Shown here one piece after another: positions 38,566-46,467 of a DNA stretch of 64,000 bases. A program made the position numbers and the translations under genes. Numbering within the stretch: position 1 is the stretch's first letter; each line of letters opens with the position of its first letter. The notes beneath the pieces were generated by a model. It was not told where the DNA came from. It searched no databases and saw only the letters and a list, made by a program, of their open reading frames with translations. The DNA lies in the sequence record OQ383623.1. One strand, written 5' to 3'.

Positions 38566-39768
38566 ATGGCCGAAATCATTCATCAGTACCCGCTCGACCT
38601 TACCGGGACATTAACGTCGAACGCCGTTACACGGCGTATTACGTTAGGTTCTGGTAAAGTTAACCGGGCTTTTGCTTTTCCTGACGGAGCTTTCTACGCG
38701 GATACCTTCCGCTTGGCAGCTGCGAATAAACCAGGTGTCTACCCGTACAAACGCGGCACAGACTACGAACTGATTTTTGCACATACTGCATATCAGAAAA
38801 TGACCAAGAACCGCGAAGTGGTCATGGGTGTGGTGGTAACTAACTCGGCCATTCCTACTGATATCGAAGTCTCTGCGCAAGTCGTTGGTGGTTTTCAGTC
38901 CGCGAACGTCGAAGGTATCCGACAAGCGATTGCGTCTCTGAAAATTGAAGACCGTGTGGTGGACTTCAAGGATCTTCGAAACGTACCCGATACGTTCCCG
39001 TCCGCCCCGACGTATAAAGACCTTGGCGATATCTACGGTTTTGAGTATATCATTACCGTACTCGCGGGGATTAAAGATGCGATTAACTCCGGCTCTGCAG
39101 TACAGCTGGAAGAAATTAAAGGTATTCTGGACGGTCTGAGAAACGACTTCCTCGACGCCTTAAATACCCACATCAATGCCGAAGGTAACGTACACAATCT
39201 CGACATTCATCAGGTTAATGGCCTGACGGAGACGGAGATTCGTGCCCTGATTCAAAGTGTACAGACTGCCATTGACGCCACTATCAACGATATCGGCGAC
39301 TTAAGAGCAGCAGACACGGCGTTGGGGCAACGCATCGATGCAATTGTGGCTTCGTTAGCCGCGTGGAACGACCAGCTTAACGTGGTTGCTCAAAATTACC
39401 AGAAAATGTCGTTAGCATTAGCTAACCTTAATTCTCTGGTGTTGCAATTACAGAAGATGGTTAACGATCTTCAGTCTGCACTGAATGAAACAAATCAGCG
39501 CGTCACGGATCTTGAGAATCAGGGCAAAGACTTCCAACAGCAAATTGATAACCTGCAAGGACAAATCAACAGTCTTAAAACTCAGGTTATAAACAACACC
39601 AACGCAATTTCGCAGGCAAACCAGAATCTGGCGAACCATGCGGCTGCGGATAACCCACACCCGAATTACCTCCATAAACAGTATGGAGGTGTTGTGCAGG
39701 CTGCTGTTCACGTCAACAACAGCCTCACCTCGCGCGACGATGTTCAAGCTGAAGCGGGTACTAAGTAA
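38566..39768 (+). CDS. short fibre-like protein with long coiled coil (paralog 4)
   Basis: QYPLDLTG...RGTDYEL N-domain; about 120-aa heptad region; HAAADNPHPNY; RBS AAGGAG before ATG 38566. Confidence 0.75.
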   Translation: MAEIIHQYPLDLTGTLTSNAVTRRITLGSGKVNRAFAFPDGAFYADTFRLAAANKPGVYPYKRGTDYELIFAHTAYQKMTKNREVVMGVVVTNSAIPTDIEVSAQVVGGFQSANVEGIRQAIASLKIEDRVVDFKDLRNVPDTFPSAPTYKDLGDIYGFEYIITVLAGIKDAINSGSAVQLEEIKGILDGLRNDFLDALNTHINAEGNVHNLDIHQVNGLTETEIRALIQSVQTAIDATINDIGDLRAADTALGQRIDAIVASLAAWNDQLNVVAQNYQKMSLALANLNSLVLQLQKMVNDLQSALNETNQRVTDLENQGKDFQQQIDNLQGQINSLKTQVINNTNAISQANQNLANHAAADNPHPNYLHKQYGGVVQAAVHVNNSLTSRDDVQAEAGTK

Positions 39769-39776
39769 CTTGTTTA

Positions 39777-39822
39777 CGAGCCGGACTATGTTTATGGACA
39801 TAGTCCGCTCGTTCTACTTTTT
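39777..39822 (+). terminator. terminator-like hairpin between the fibre genes and the Cys-rich operon
   Basis: CGAG-c-CGGACTATG/CATAGTCCG-CTCG stem, then TTCTACTTTTT. Confidence 0.5.
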
Positions 39823-39833
39823 AAGGAAGCGTA

Positions 39834-40226
39834 ATGGCGATATCTATTAAAGACGTCAGAAACCGCGTCCAGATAGTCGAAGCTAACATGGCGACAGGCC
39901 CCCGCATCGAGGCGCAAGTGGCCTCTAAAGCCCATAATGCAGCAGACCGATTTGGGGGTTGGACGAAAGCACAGCTAGATTGCGGCGGGACATGTTCTTG
40001 GACGTGCTCTAACGGTTGCTCGCATGGCTGTTCGAGCTGTTCAGGAAGCTGTTCTGCTTCTTGTATCGGTAGCTGTTCTTCGACGTGTGGCGGTAACTGT
40101 TCTGGTTGCTCTGGTTGTTCTGGTGGTTGCAGTAGTAGCTGTACCGGTAACTGTTCAGGTGGTTGCGGCGGCTCTTGTTCCGCAAACTGCTCCGGGGCCT
40201 GCTCCGGCGGCTGTTCAGGTCGCTAA
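39834..40226 (+). CDS. Cxxx-repeat precursor-like peptide 1 (49-aa leader, 81-aa core, 21 Cys)
   Basis: Cys-free leader then near-continuous (C-x-x-x)n of Ser/Gly; RBS AAGGAAG; upstream of radical SAM genes. Confidence 0.85.
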   Translation: MAISIKDVRNRVQIVEANMATGPRIEAQVASKAHNAADRFGGWTKAQLDCGGTCSWTCSNGCSHGCSSCSGSCSASCIGSCSSTCGGNCSGCSGCSGGCSSSCTGNCSGGCGGSCSANCSGACSGGCSGR

Positions 40227-40236
40227 GGGGGATTAA

Positions 40237-40638
40237 ATGGCAATTGGATTAAAAGAACTGAATAACCGATTAAACACGATCGATGCAAACGCTTTAAAGA
40301 ACACCACGAATGTGCAAAACTACATTCGCAATAAAGCTACGAATAACGCCGACTTGTTCGCAGGTCAAGGCCGTTCGCACTATGACTGTGGTGGCACATG
40401 CTCTTTTAGTTGCTCGAGTTGTTCTGGCGGGTGTACTGGGTCTGCTACGGGTGGTTGTGGGTCGACTTGTTCCGCAAACTGTGTATCGGGCTGCAGCAGC
40501 AGCTGTACGGGTTGCAGCTCTTCATGTTCTGGTGGTTGTAGCGGAACGTGTACTGGTAACTGCTCTGGCGGCTGTGGCAAATCCTGCTCCGCAAACTGCT
40601 CCGGCGCGTGTTCTGGTGGTTGTTCAGGTCCTAACTGA
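40237..40638 (+). CDS. Cxxx-repeat precursor-like peptide 2 (50-aa leader, 83-aa core, 20 Cys)
   Basis: Paralog of peptide 1 in both leader and core; RBS GGGGA. Confidence 0.85.
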   Translation: MAIGLKELNNRLNTIDANALKNTTNVQNYIRNKATNNADLFAGQGRSHYDCGGTCSFSCSSCSGGCTGSATGGCGSTCSANCVSGCSSSCTGCSSSCSGGCSGTCTGNCSGGCGKSCSANCSGACSGGCSGPN

Positions 40639-40649
40639 CGGAGGCTTAT

Positions 40650-40856
40650 GTGATCAGTCTCAAGACTATTCGAAACCGTCTCGTTACGGTAGAAGGTTAC
40701 ATTACAACCGCACAGGCAAACAACTATATCGCTAACCAGGGCACCGTGTCGACCACAAATAACCTGGCTGGCTTACCGCTTTCTCACTATAACTGTAATG
40801 GTGGGTGTAGCTGGTCCTGCAGCGGAAGCTGTAGCCGTGGAGCGGGGAATCGATAA
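40650..40856 (+). CDS. Cxxx-repeat precursor-like peptide 3 (48-aa leader, 20-aa core, 4 Cys)
   Basis: GTG start with GGAGG; same leader motif and SHYNCNGGCSWSCS junction. Confidence 0.75.
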   Translation: MISLKTIRNRLVTVEGYITTAQANNYIANQGTVSTTNNLAGLPLSHYNCNGGCSWSCSGSCSRGAGNR

Positions 40857-40878
40857 CAGAAAACGTTCGGAGTATTAA

Positions 40879-41766
40879 ATGAAAAACGATTTGCATCTTG
40901 CGTATAAAACCACATTCAACCACCCGCTGCATCTATCTTCCCCAGATTCAGTGCGTGCACACCTTGCTGACAAAGTCAGACTGATTGCACAGATTCCTGG
41001 TGAGTGGCCAAAGGTTCGTGGTCGCTTCTTGACCGACAAGAAGAACTACACCGTAGAAAATACGTTTAAGATCCGTGATATGGTTGCAGAGGCCATCGTT
41101 ATCTTTAACGGCGATGGTAACTCTCGTGGCGTGTTAGTCGACGGTAAGTATTTCTTCAGTGAAGGGATTTTGAACAACAGCGTCGATTTAGAACTGATGT
41201 TTACACCGTTTGACGAACTTGAAGCAAAACCGATGGCGCGCCGTTGGTGGAGTCCGGACTATCTGGGCTCGTTCCCTTACTACTTTGTACTGGTACCTGC
41301 CGATACGGCAACGTATTTCGACACCGAACCATACATCGATATCGAGGGGTATAAAGAACTCGGCATCACCCGTTTAGCGGACATGATGGCGTATAGCTAT
41401 AAGTTCGTGTGGGATAAAAAGCGTTCTGTCTGGTATGCGCTGACTGACGATTTCGAAATCACCAAACGTATTCGTAAGCCGTGGATGCAACACCTGGTTC
41501 AAACCCGATATGGGGATTACCCGGCGACAGAAGCGGATTTGAGTAAGCTGGTAAGTTTCCTCTTAACGAAGGTGGATTTAACGAAAGAAGAAGCAGAAGC
41601 TGTTTCTGAGATTCGTGGTCGTTCGGTAACGTTGGCCGATTTGAAACGTCTGAACGAAAGACACGCCGACCTGAACAAAATTTTAGCTGCCTATCACGAC
41701 CCGATGCTACTGGTGCCTGGCGCTAATGTAGACGAAGATCCTTTATTCGCCATTGATTATATTTAA
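40879..41766 (+). CDS. hypothetical protein in the Cys-peptide/rSAM operon
   Basis: RBS GGAG; 295 aa; no recognised motif. Confidence 0.75.
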   Translation: MKNDLHLAYKTTFNHPLHLSSPDSVRAHLADKVRLIAQIPGEWPKVRGRFLTDKKNYTVENTFKIRDMVAEAIVIFNGDGNSRGVLVDGKYFFSEGILNNSVDLELMFTPFDELEAKPMARRWWSPDYLGSFPYYFVLVPADTATYFDTEPYIDIEGYKELGITRLADMMAYSYKFVWDKKRSVWYALTDDFEITKRIRKPWMQHLVQTRYGDYPATEADLSKLVSFLLTKVDLTKEEAEAVSEIRGRSVTLADLKRLNERHADLNKILAAYHDPMLLVPGANVDEDPLFAIDYI

Positions 41767-41788
41767 AAATATACTGGAGCAACCTGCA

Positions 41789-42703
41789 ATGACAGATCAA
41801 GTAGAATCCAGGATCTCGTCTGAACTGTACGACAAACCGTCAATTCTGTCGGTTGTCGCAACTTCTAAGTGTAACTTAGACTGTAGCTTCTGTGGAGGGG
41901 CTTATTACATGGATAGAGAAGATACTTCTCGTGAGTTTCAACGTGAAGAGATTCTCTCGATTTTAGAGAAGAATCCGGATATCGGTGAGATTCATTGGAC
42001 GGGCGGTGAGCCGCTGTTAGCGCAGCGTAAGATTGAAGACTTCGTGAACGAGTTGAAGGAGTCTCATCCGAACCTCCGTCATCACATGTACACCAACGGT
42101 TTAAAGATGCGTAAATCGCATCTGCCGTTGCTGAAACAGTTCGACCTTATCTTTGTGTCCATTGACGGCTACAAGAAGTCGGAACGTCCGTTTATGAACT
42201 TTGTAAACGGTGGTAATCACGAAGCGCTGGAAGTGCTGTACGAGCTGGACAACTATTACACCTGGGGTGTGATGACGCGTGACCAGTTAGGTGATAAACG
42301 CTGGTACGAAGATTTCATCGAGCTGCACCGAGCAATCTATCATTACCGTCCAGGTGGTGTGTCGTTGTTGTTTGATGCGATGATGCCGAAACCGTTATCG
42401 CCAGACCACGTCATGAACTTCATGTACGGGTATTGGAAAATACTCGACAATATCGAACGCCTTAACATGCAGAACGATTCTGAATGTGGGCTTGCGATCA
42501 GTAAAATGTTCGATACCGAGTGCAACACGTGCAGTGAAGTGCTGTGGCTTAACGCCGACGGTACGCAGGAGCAAATTCAGAACGCCCCAGAGATATTGGA
42601 AGTCGGCTGTAATCGCCTGGCGCGTTCTATCGGCGTTGATGCGTATAACTACATCAACCGTGTAATTTCTGCTAAGCGTAAACGGGCGGCGAACAATGAG
42701 TAA
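41789..42703 (+). CDS. radical SAM enzyme 1 (short C-terminus, no complete SPASM)
   Basis: CNLDCSFC (CxxxCxxC), WTGGEP, YTNG, VSIDG; RBS GGAG before ATG 41789. Confidence 0.9.
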   Translation: MTDQVESRISSELYDKPSILSVVATSKCNLDCSFCGGAYYMDREDTSREFQREEILSILEKNPDIGEIHWTGGEPLLAQRKIEDFVNELKESHPNLRHHMYTNGLKMRKSHLPLLKQFDLIFVSIDGYKKSERPFMNFVNGGNHEALEVLYELDNYYTWGVMTRDQLGDKRWYEDFIELHRAIYHYRPGGVSLLFDAMMPKPLSPDHVMNFMYGYWKILDNIERLNMQNDSECGLAISKMFDTECNTCSEVLWLNADGTQEQIQNAPEILEVGCNRLARSIGVDAYNYINRVISAKRKRAANNE

Positions 42704-44024
42704 TAGCGAACAGCAAATCCAGTACACACCACGCACGTATCAGGTTGTGACTAACTTGTCATGTAACCTGGACTGCGAATACTGCTACGAGCGTAAATAT
42801 CCGCGTAACAACAAAGTAGCAGACGTGATTGATTTTATCCACGCTTGTTTCGAGCGTGATAAAGATATCCCGAACGTTGAAGTCATCATCGATATCATCG
42901 GTGGTGAGCCGTTCATGCAGCCTAAACTTCTTTTGGCGGCCTTTGAAACCGCAGAGAAGTTATGCGCAGAACACAATCGCCCGTATATGTTCAGTATCTC
43001 CACGAACGGTACGCTTCTGGACCGTCCGCTGAACAAAGAAATTATCGAGCGCTGGAAAGACAAACTGTCTATTGGGGTCTCCATCGATGGTTTACCTGAA
43101 GTCCATGACAAATATCGTATCTTTACCACGACGCGTGAAGGGTCGTACGAAGCTGCGGTACGCGGTTACAATTATCTGAAGAGTGTTGGCATCGCTGAAC
43201 TGGGCGTAAAAGCGACGTTTACGATCGATACATTGCCGCACTATGCCGCCAGCATGAAATCGTTAATTGACATGTCCGGCGGTGGTACCATTTCTGGTAA
43301 CGTAACGTACGAAGATATCCTGCCGCGCCATATGGCGTTGGATATCGCGAACCAGATGATGGACGTGATGGACTACTGGATTGAGAAGGGTCTGCACACC
43401 AACCCGCGTAACACGATTACGCACATCATCCCGGATGGCCTGAACTTTATGGCAACTTGGGACCCGGATTGGCGTGACAAACTCTTACATGACGACTCTG
43501 TTCGTCTCGACCCAGAACGCCTGAAACCGTACTGCGGTACGTTGACGCACATGACCTGTCTCGGCTTTGATCGCAAGATTTACGGTTGTAACCGTTTCAT
43601 GTCCACGGTAACTTCCCGTTCTGCTGTAGCAGAACTGGTCGGTCGTGAGTTTGTGAGCCTGGACGGTGGTAAGCTGTTAGAAGAGATTCAAACGCAGTAC
43701 ACCAACTACCCAGAAACCTGTTTAGGGTGTCCGATGAAACACAGCTGCGGTAGCTGCGCAGCAGCATCGTACGAAAACGGTGAAGGTACACTGGAAGACC
43801 GTAAAGCGTATCACGCCGAGCGTCGTCAGTGTGGTTGGACTACTGCGAAGCTGATGGCGGCGGAATATTGGTATCAGAAAACTGGTACGACTCGCGCATC
43901 AGATTTGCATGATAAATCCATGTGCTATTGTTCACGTTGTGTACGCCAACGTGCTGAAGCAGAAAAATTACAAAACGGAGCCCAGAATGAAGTCAATACT
44001 GATTCACAATTTTACGAAGCGTAA
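42696..44024 (+). CDS. radical SAM/SPASM peptide maturase (Cxxx-repeat-target type)
   Basis: CNLDCEYC, IIGGEPF, ISTNGTLL, VSIDGLPEVHDKYR; SPASM Cys cluster YCG...TCLG...YGCNRF...CLGCPMKHSCGSC...QC. Confidence 0.92.
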   Translation: MSNSEQQIQYTPRTYQVVTNLSCNLDCEYCYERKYPRNNKVADVIDFIHACFERDKDIPNVEVIIDIIGGEPFMQPKLLLAAFETAEKLCAEHNRPYMFSISTNGTLLDRPLNKEIIERWKDKLSIGVSIDGLPEVHDKYRIFTTTREGSYEAAVRGYNYLKSVGIAELGVKATFTIDTLPHYAASMKSLIDMSGGGTISGNVTYEDILPRHMALDIANQMMDVMDYWIEKGLHTNPRNTITHIIPDGLNFMATWDPDWRDKLLHDDSVRLDPERLKPYCGTLTHMTCLGFDRKIYGCNRFMSTVTSRSAVAELVGREFVSLDGGKLLEEIQTQYTNYPETCLGCPMKHSCGSCAAASYENGEGTLEDRKAYHAERRQCGWTTAKLMAAEYWYQKTGTTRASDLHDKSMCYCSRCVRQRAEAEKLQNGAQNEVNTDSQFYEA

Positions 44025-44553
44025 ACTGCACTTGGTCGATCGCTTCCTGCGCAAAAGCAAGCTGTACAATGTGCACGCAATTGTGGCAGGGGAAGACTTC
44101 ACTGATGAAATCCAAAGCCTGTTGATTAAATACGGGCTGAATGTGATGATCCCGGTCTACTGCGTTGAGAAAGGACACGAGTCTGTCGCGGAAATCGAAA
44201 AGCGCAACCCTGGCTTTGAGAAGCGACTGCTTGCATACCCACGCCACAAAATCGAACTGCTACGTCACTCTATTGATGAAGCCAGTCCTGAAAGTTTAGT
44301 GGCGTTGGGCTTGTCATTCCCGCGGATGCGTATTCGTAACTTACGCTCCAATAACCCGGTTGACGCTTATTACACAGAGCGTCAAATCTTCGAAGAACAC
44401 CTGCTCCCGCAGTTGGAAGAAGAAGAGCAACACAACATTTCTCTGTTGTGGGCCGGTAACCTCGATCAGGACTTCCAGATGCTGGACTTCGGTTTGTTGT
44501 TAGAACTTGGCCTGATTGAGGAGGACGAATGTCTGTTACTGACAAAAGCTTAA
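43987..44553 (+). CDS. hypothetical protein in the Cys-peptide/rSAM operon
   Basis: RBS GGAG before ATG 43987; overlaps the rSAM end. Confidence 0.7.
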   Translation: MKSILIHNFTKRKLHLVDRFLRKSKLYNVHAIVAGEDFTDEIQSLLIKYGLNVMIPVYCVEKGHESVAEIEKRNPGFEKRLLAYPRHKIELLRHSIDEASPESLVALGLSFPRMRIRNLRSNNPVDAYYTERQIFEEHLLPQLEEEEQHNISLLWAGNLDQDFQMLDFGLLLELGLIEEDECLLLTKA

Positions 44554-45200
44554 CGAACGAAGAGATCCGCGCCCGTTATTTCCAGCGTGATTTGCCGATT
44601 GATCGTCACGGTAATTTCATGGAACGAATCGGTGCGCAGGATCAGGGCCGTACCGGATTTTGTGCATTACTCCATTACCATCTCATCGAAGGGATGTCTG
44701 ATAAAGAAGCCCTGGCACGCATGAAGCTGTATGAGATGTCGGAGATTGAAGCTAACTTCACATTGAAACGCACGAAAGAGTTTATTGCTAATGTGCTGGA
44801 GATTGACCTCGACGAAATTCGCGGGAATCTGAAATCTACCGCACGTTACATTTACGAAGACGTGCAGAAGATGCTGTTGGAACTCGACCACCGCTACGAA
44901 GATGAGCGCCATGGTTATATCGAGTTTGAAGGTAGTCACTTTCAAGCCGATGAATCGTCGCGTACCATCCTCGGTCAATACATTCAGGCAGATACCGCAC
45001 CAGAATACTGGCTCGATACGCTGAATACTAAGCACAGTCCGTTTACAGTAGCCCAATGTAAAGCGTTGCTGGCCGCTATTGTTGCACGTGACCAAGTGTT
45101 GCACTCAGCAATGGCAGATAACAAACGCCAAATCCGTGAGTTAGCTGAAAAGCGCGATTACACTGGATTAAAAACATTGTCCGAATCACTCGGCATGTAA
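44529..45200 (+). CDS. DUF4376-like tail-fibre assembly protein
   Basis: C-terminal YIEFEGSHFQADESSR...WLDTLNTKHSPFTVAQCKALLAAIV...K fits the DUF4376 pattern (G..fq.D..S...W...dN....lt..ql..l). Confidence 0.65.
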   Translation: MSVTDKSLTNEEIRARYFQRDLPIDRHGNFMERIGAQDQGRTGFCALLHYHLIEGMSDKEALARMKLYEMSEIEANFTLKRTKEFIANVLEIDLDEIRGNLKSTARYIYEDVQKMLLELDHRYEDERHGYIEFEGSHFQADESSRTILGQYIQADTAPEYWLDTLNTKHSPFTVAQCKALLAAIVARDQVLHSAMADNKRQIRELAEKRDYTGLKTLSESLGM

Positions 45201-45202
45201 GC

Positions 45203-45260
45203 AAAGAAAATAAAGGCCCTACCTCCCCGAAGGGAGGTAGGTACCTTTTATTTATTTCTT
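45203..45260. terminator. bidirectional intrinsic terminator closing the rSAM operon
   Basis: CCTACCTCCC-CGAA-GGGAGGTAGG with A- and T-tracts. Confidence 0.85.
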
Positions 45261-45281
45261 AGAAACTACTAAGTTGTTTTG

Positions 45282-45809
45282 TTAAACGAATCCGTCCAGT
45301 TCACCGTTGGTGGTGCTCAGGTCAGTTTTAACGATTGGCTGCGTTACAGTATAAACTGCAAGGCTGGCAGGTTGGTATTTAATGTGGCCTTCTTTCACCA
45401 TAACAGTGATGACTTTCTCACCACTGTCGCCGTCTTCGCGTGAAATGGTGAGTTCAGACAATGCAAACGCATCTTCCGTTTTACCGGCGGCAATTAGATC
45501 TGCGTTGACAAAAGCAAGCACTTCTTCATCGGTATCCCATTCTGCCTGGTCAGCGGTAACTGCTTTCGCACCGATGATGTTCAATGAATTGAGGCGGGTA
45601 TAATGCAGCTCTTTCTCGCCAGTAAAGTTAGCGGATTCCGCGGTGGCAGTGATGGTGAGTTTGGAGTTGCGTGTGTCTCCAGAATCTGCTGGTGAATAGT
45701 CAGCAACAGCGCCGAATGTAACGTCAGCAGTAGTTAACGGACTAGACAGTCCGCTGTTTGCAGCATTAAACAGCGCGACGAGTTGGTCTTTTGCAGAGAT
45801 GACTGCCAT
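45282..45809 (-). CDS. putative virion structural protein (C-terminal TDLSTTNGELDGF motif)
   Basis: Resembles the N-domain of the RDNP paralogs (NS.LTI.A...F.GE..L.Y.RL) and ends in the motif shared with the C-type paralogs. Confidence 0.65.
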   Translation of the reverse strand: MAVISAKDQLVALFNAANSGLSSPLTTADVTFGAVADYSPADSGDTRNSKLTITATAESANFTGEKELHYTRLNSLNIIGAKAVTADQAEWDTDEEVLAFVNADLIAAGKTEDAFALSELTISREDGDSGEKVITVMVKEGHIKYQPASLAVYTVTQPIVKTDLSTTNGELDGFV

Positions 45810-45932
45810 GGTTGTTTCCTTATAGTAGGTTTGTGGTGCATACTAAATCGTTCTAAAAACAACATAGTGGGCTTAATATGACAGTAAAGTTGGCTGTTAA
45901 ACGAGAAAGTTTTTACCACTGAAAGGTACTCT

Positions 45933-46424
45933 ATGAAACGTCTATTTATCGTATTCGCGATTATAAACCTGTTGGCCGGTTGTGTTCAGTCGCCAAGCAA
46001 CATAGGACAATTTAGCGCCACACCAGTAAAGAATCACGACTTGGTGATTTATACATGCACAGGGACGCAGGAGAAGTTTGTAGACTACCGTCCGGTACTG
46101 GACAACCTACAAATGATGCCGCGGTCAGTAACAGTAATGGATGTGGGTGCAAACTGGGTAGCAGCGTGGGACGGTGGCAAACTAGAGTCACCGATGATGT
46201 TTAAAGATACAATTGGCAAAATCGACGGGAATGTTAACACCACCACAGGTGAGCGTTATTACCGTATTAATAAAACCGTAAACGATAGCCCCACTTATTC
46301 TTTTTCGGATGTGAACCCGTATACCGGCGAAGGTAAAGGGATGACATTCTTTCGCTGCAGCAGCGGGTTTATCGGTGAAGTTCCTACTCCGATTACGATT
46401 GTTCCGTTAGAAGAAAATAAATAA
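45933..46424 (+). CDS. lipoprotein
   Basis: MKRLFIVFAIINLLAGC lipobox. Confidence 0.75.
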   Translation: MKRLFIVFAIINLLAGCVQSPSNIGQFSATPVKNHDLVIYTCTGTQEKFVDYRPVLDNLQMMPRSVTVMDVGANWVAAWDGGKLESPMMFKDTIGKIDGNVNTTTGERYYRINKTVNDSPTYSFSDVNPYTGEGKGMTFFRCSSGFIGEVPTPITIVPLEENK

Positions 46425-46426
46425 TG

Positions 46427-46467
46427 CTTACCCACTCCCGTAAGGGGAGTGGGTAAGGGCTTTATTT
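46427..46467. terminator. intrinsic terminator (probably bidirectional)
   Basis: 13-bp stem CTTACCCACTCCC/GGGAGTGGGTAAG between convergent genes. Confidence 0.8.

Noticed and set aside
39981-40638. Cys-rich region as a simple DNA tandem repeat or CRISPR-like array
   Set aside because: Conservation is at protein level with variable codons; there is no repeat-spacer structure.
40024-40735. Alternative-frame ORFs 40024-40236, 40310-40735 and 40380-40580 (Val/Ala-rich or PEQL repeats)
   Set aside because: Shadows of the Cys/Ser/Gly codon repeats; no RBS, and the Cys frames carry the conserved leaders.
22620-45850. TATG late-promoter cores before structural genes (22625, about 25347, 39787, about 45840)
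   Set aside because: A 4-nt motif is too common to call from sequence alone; TSS mapping is needed.
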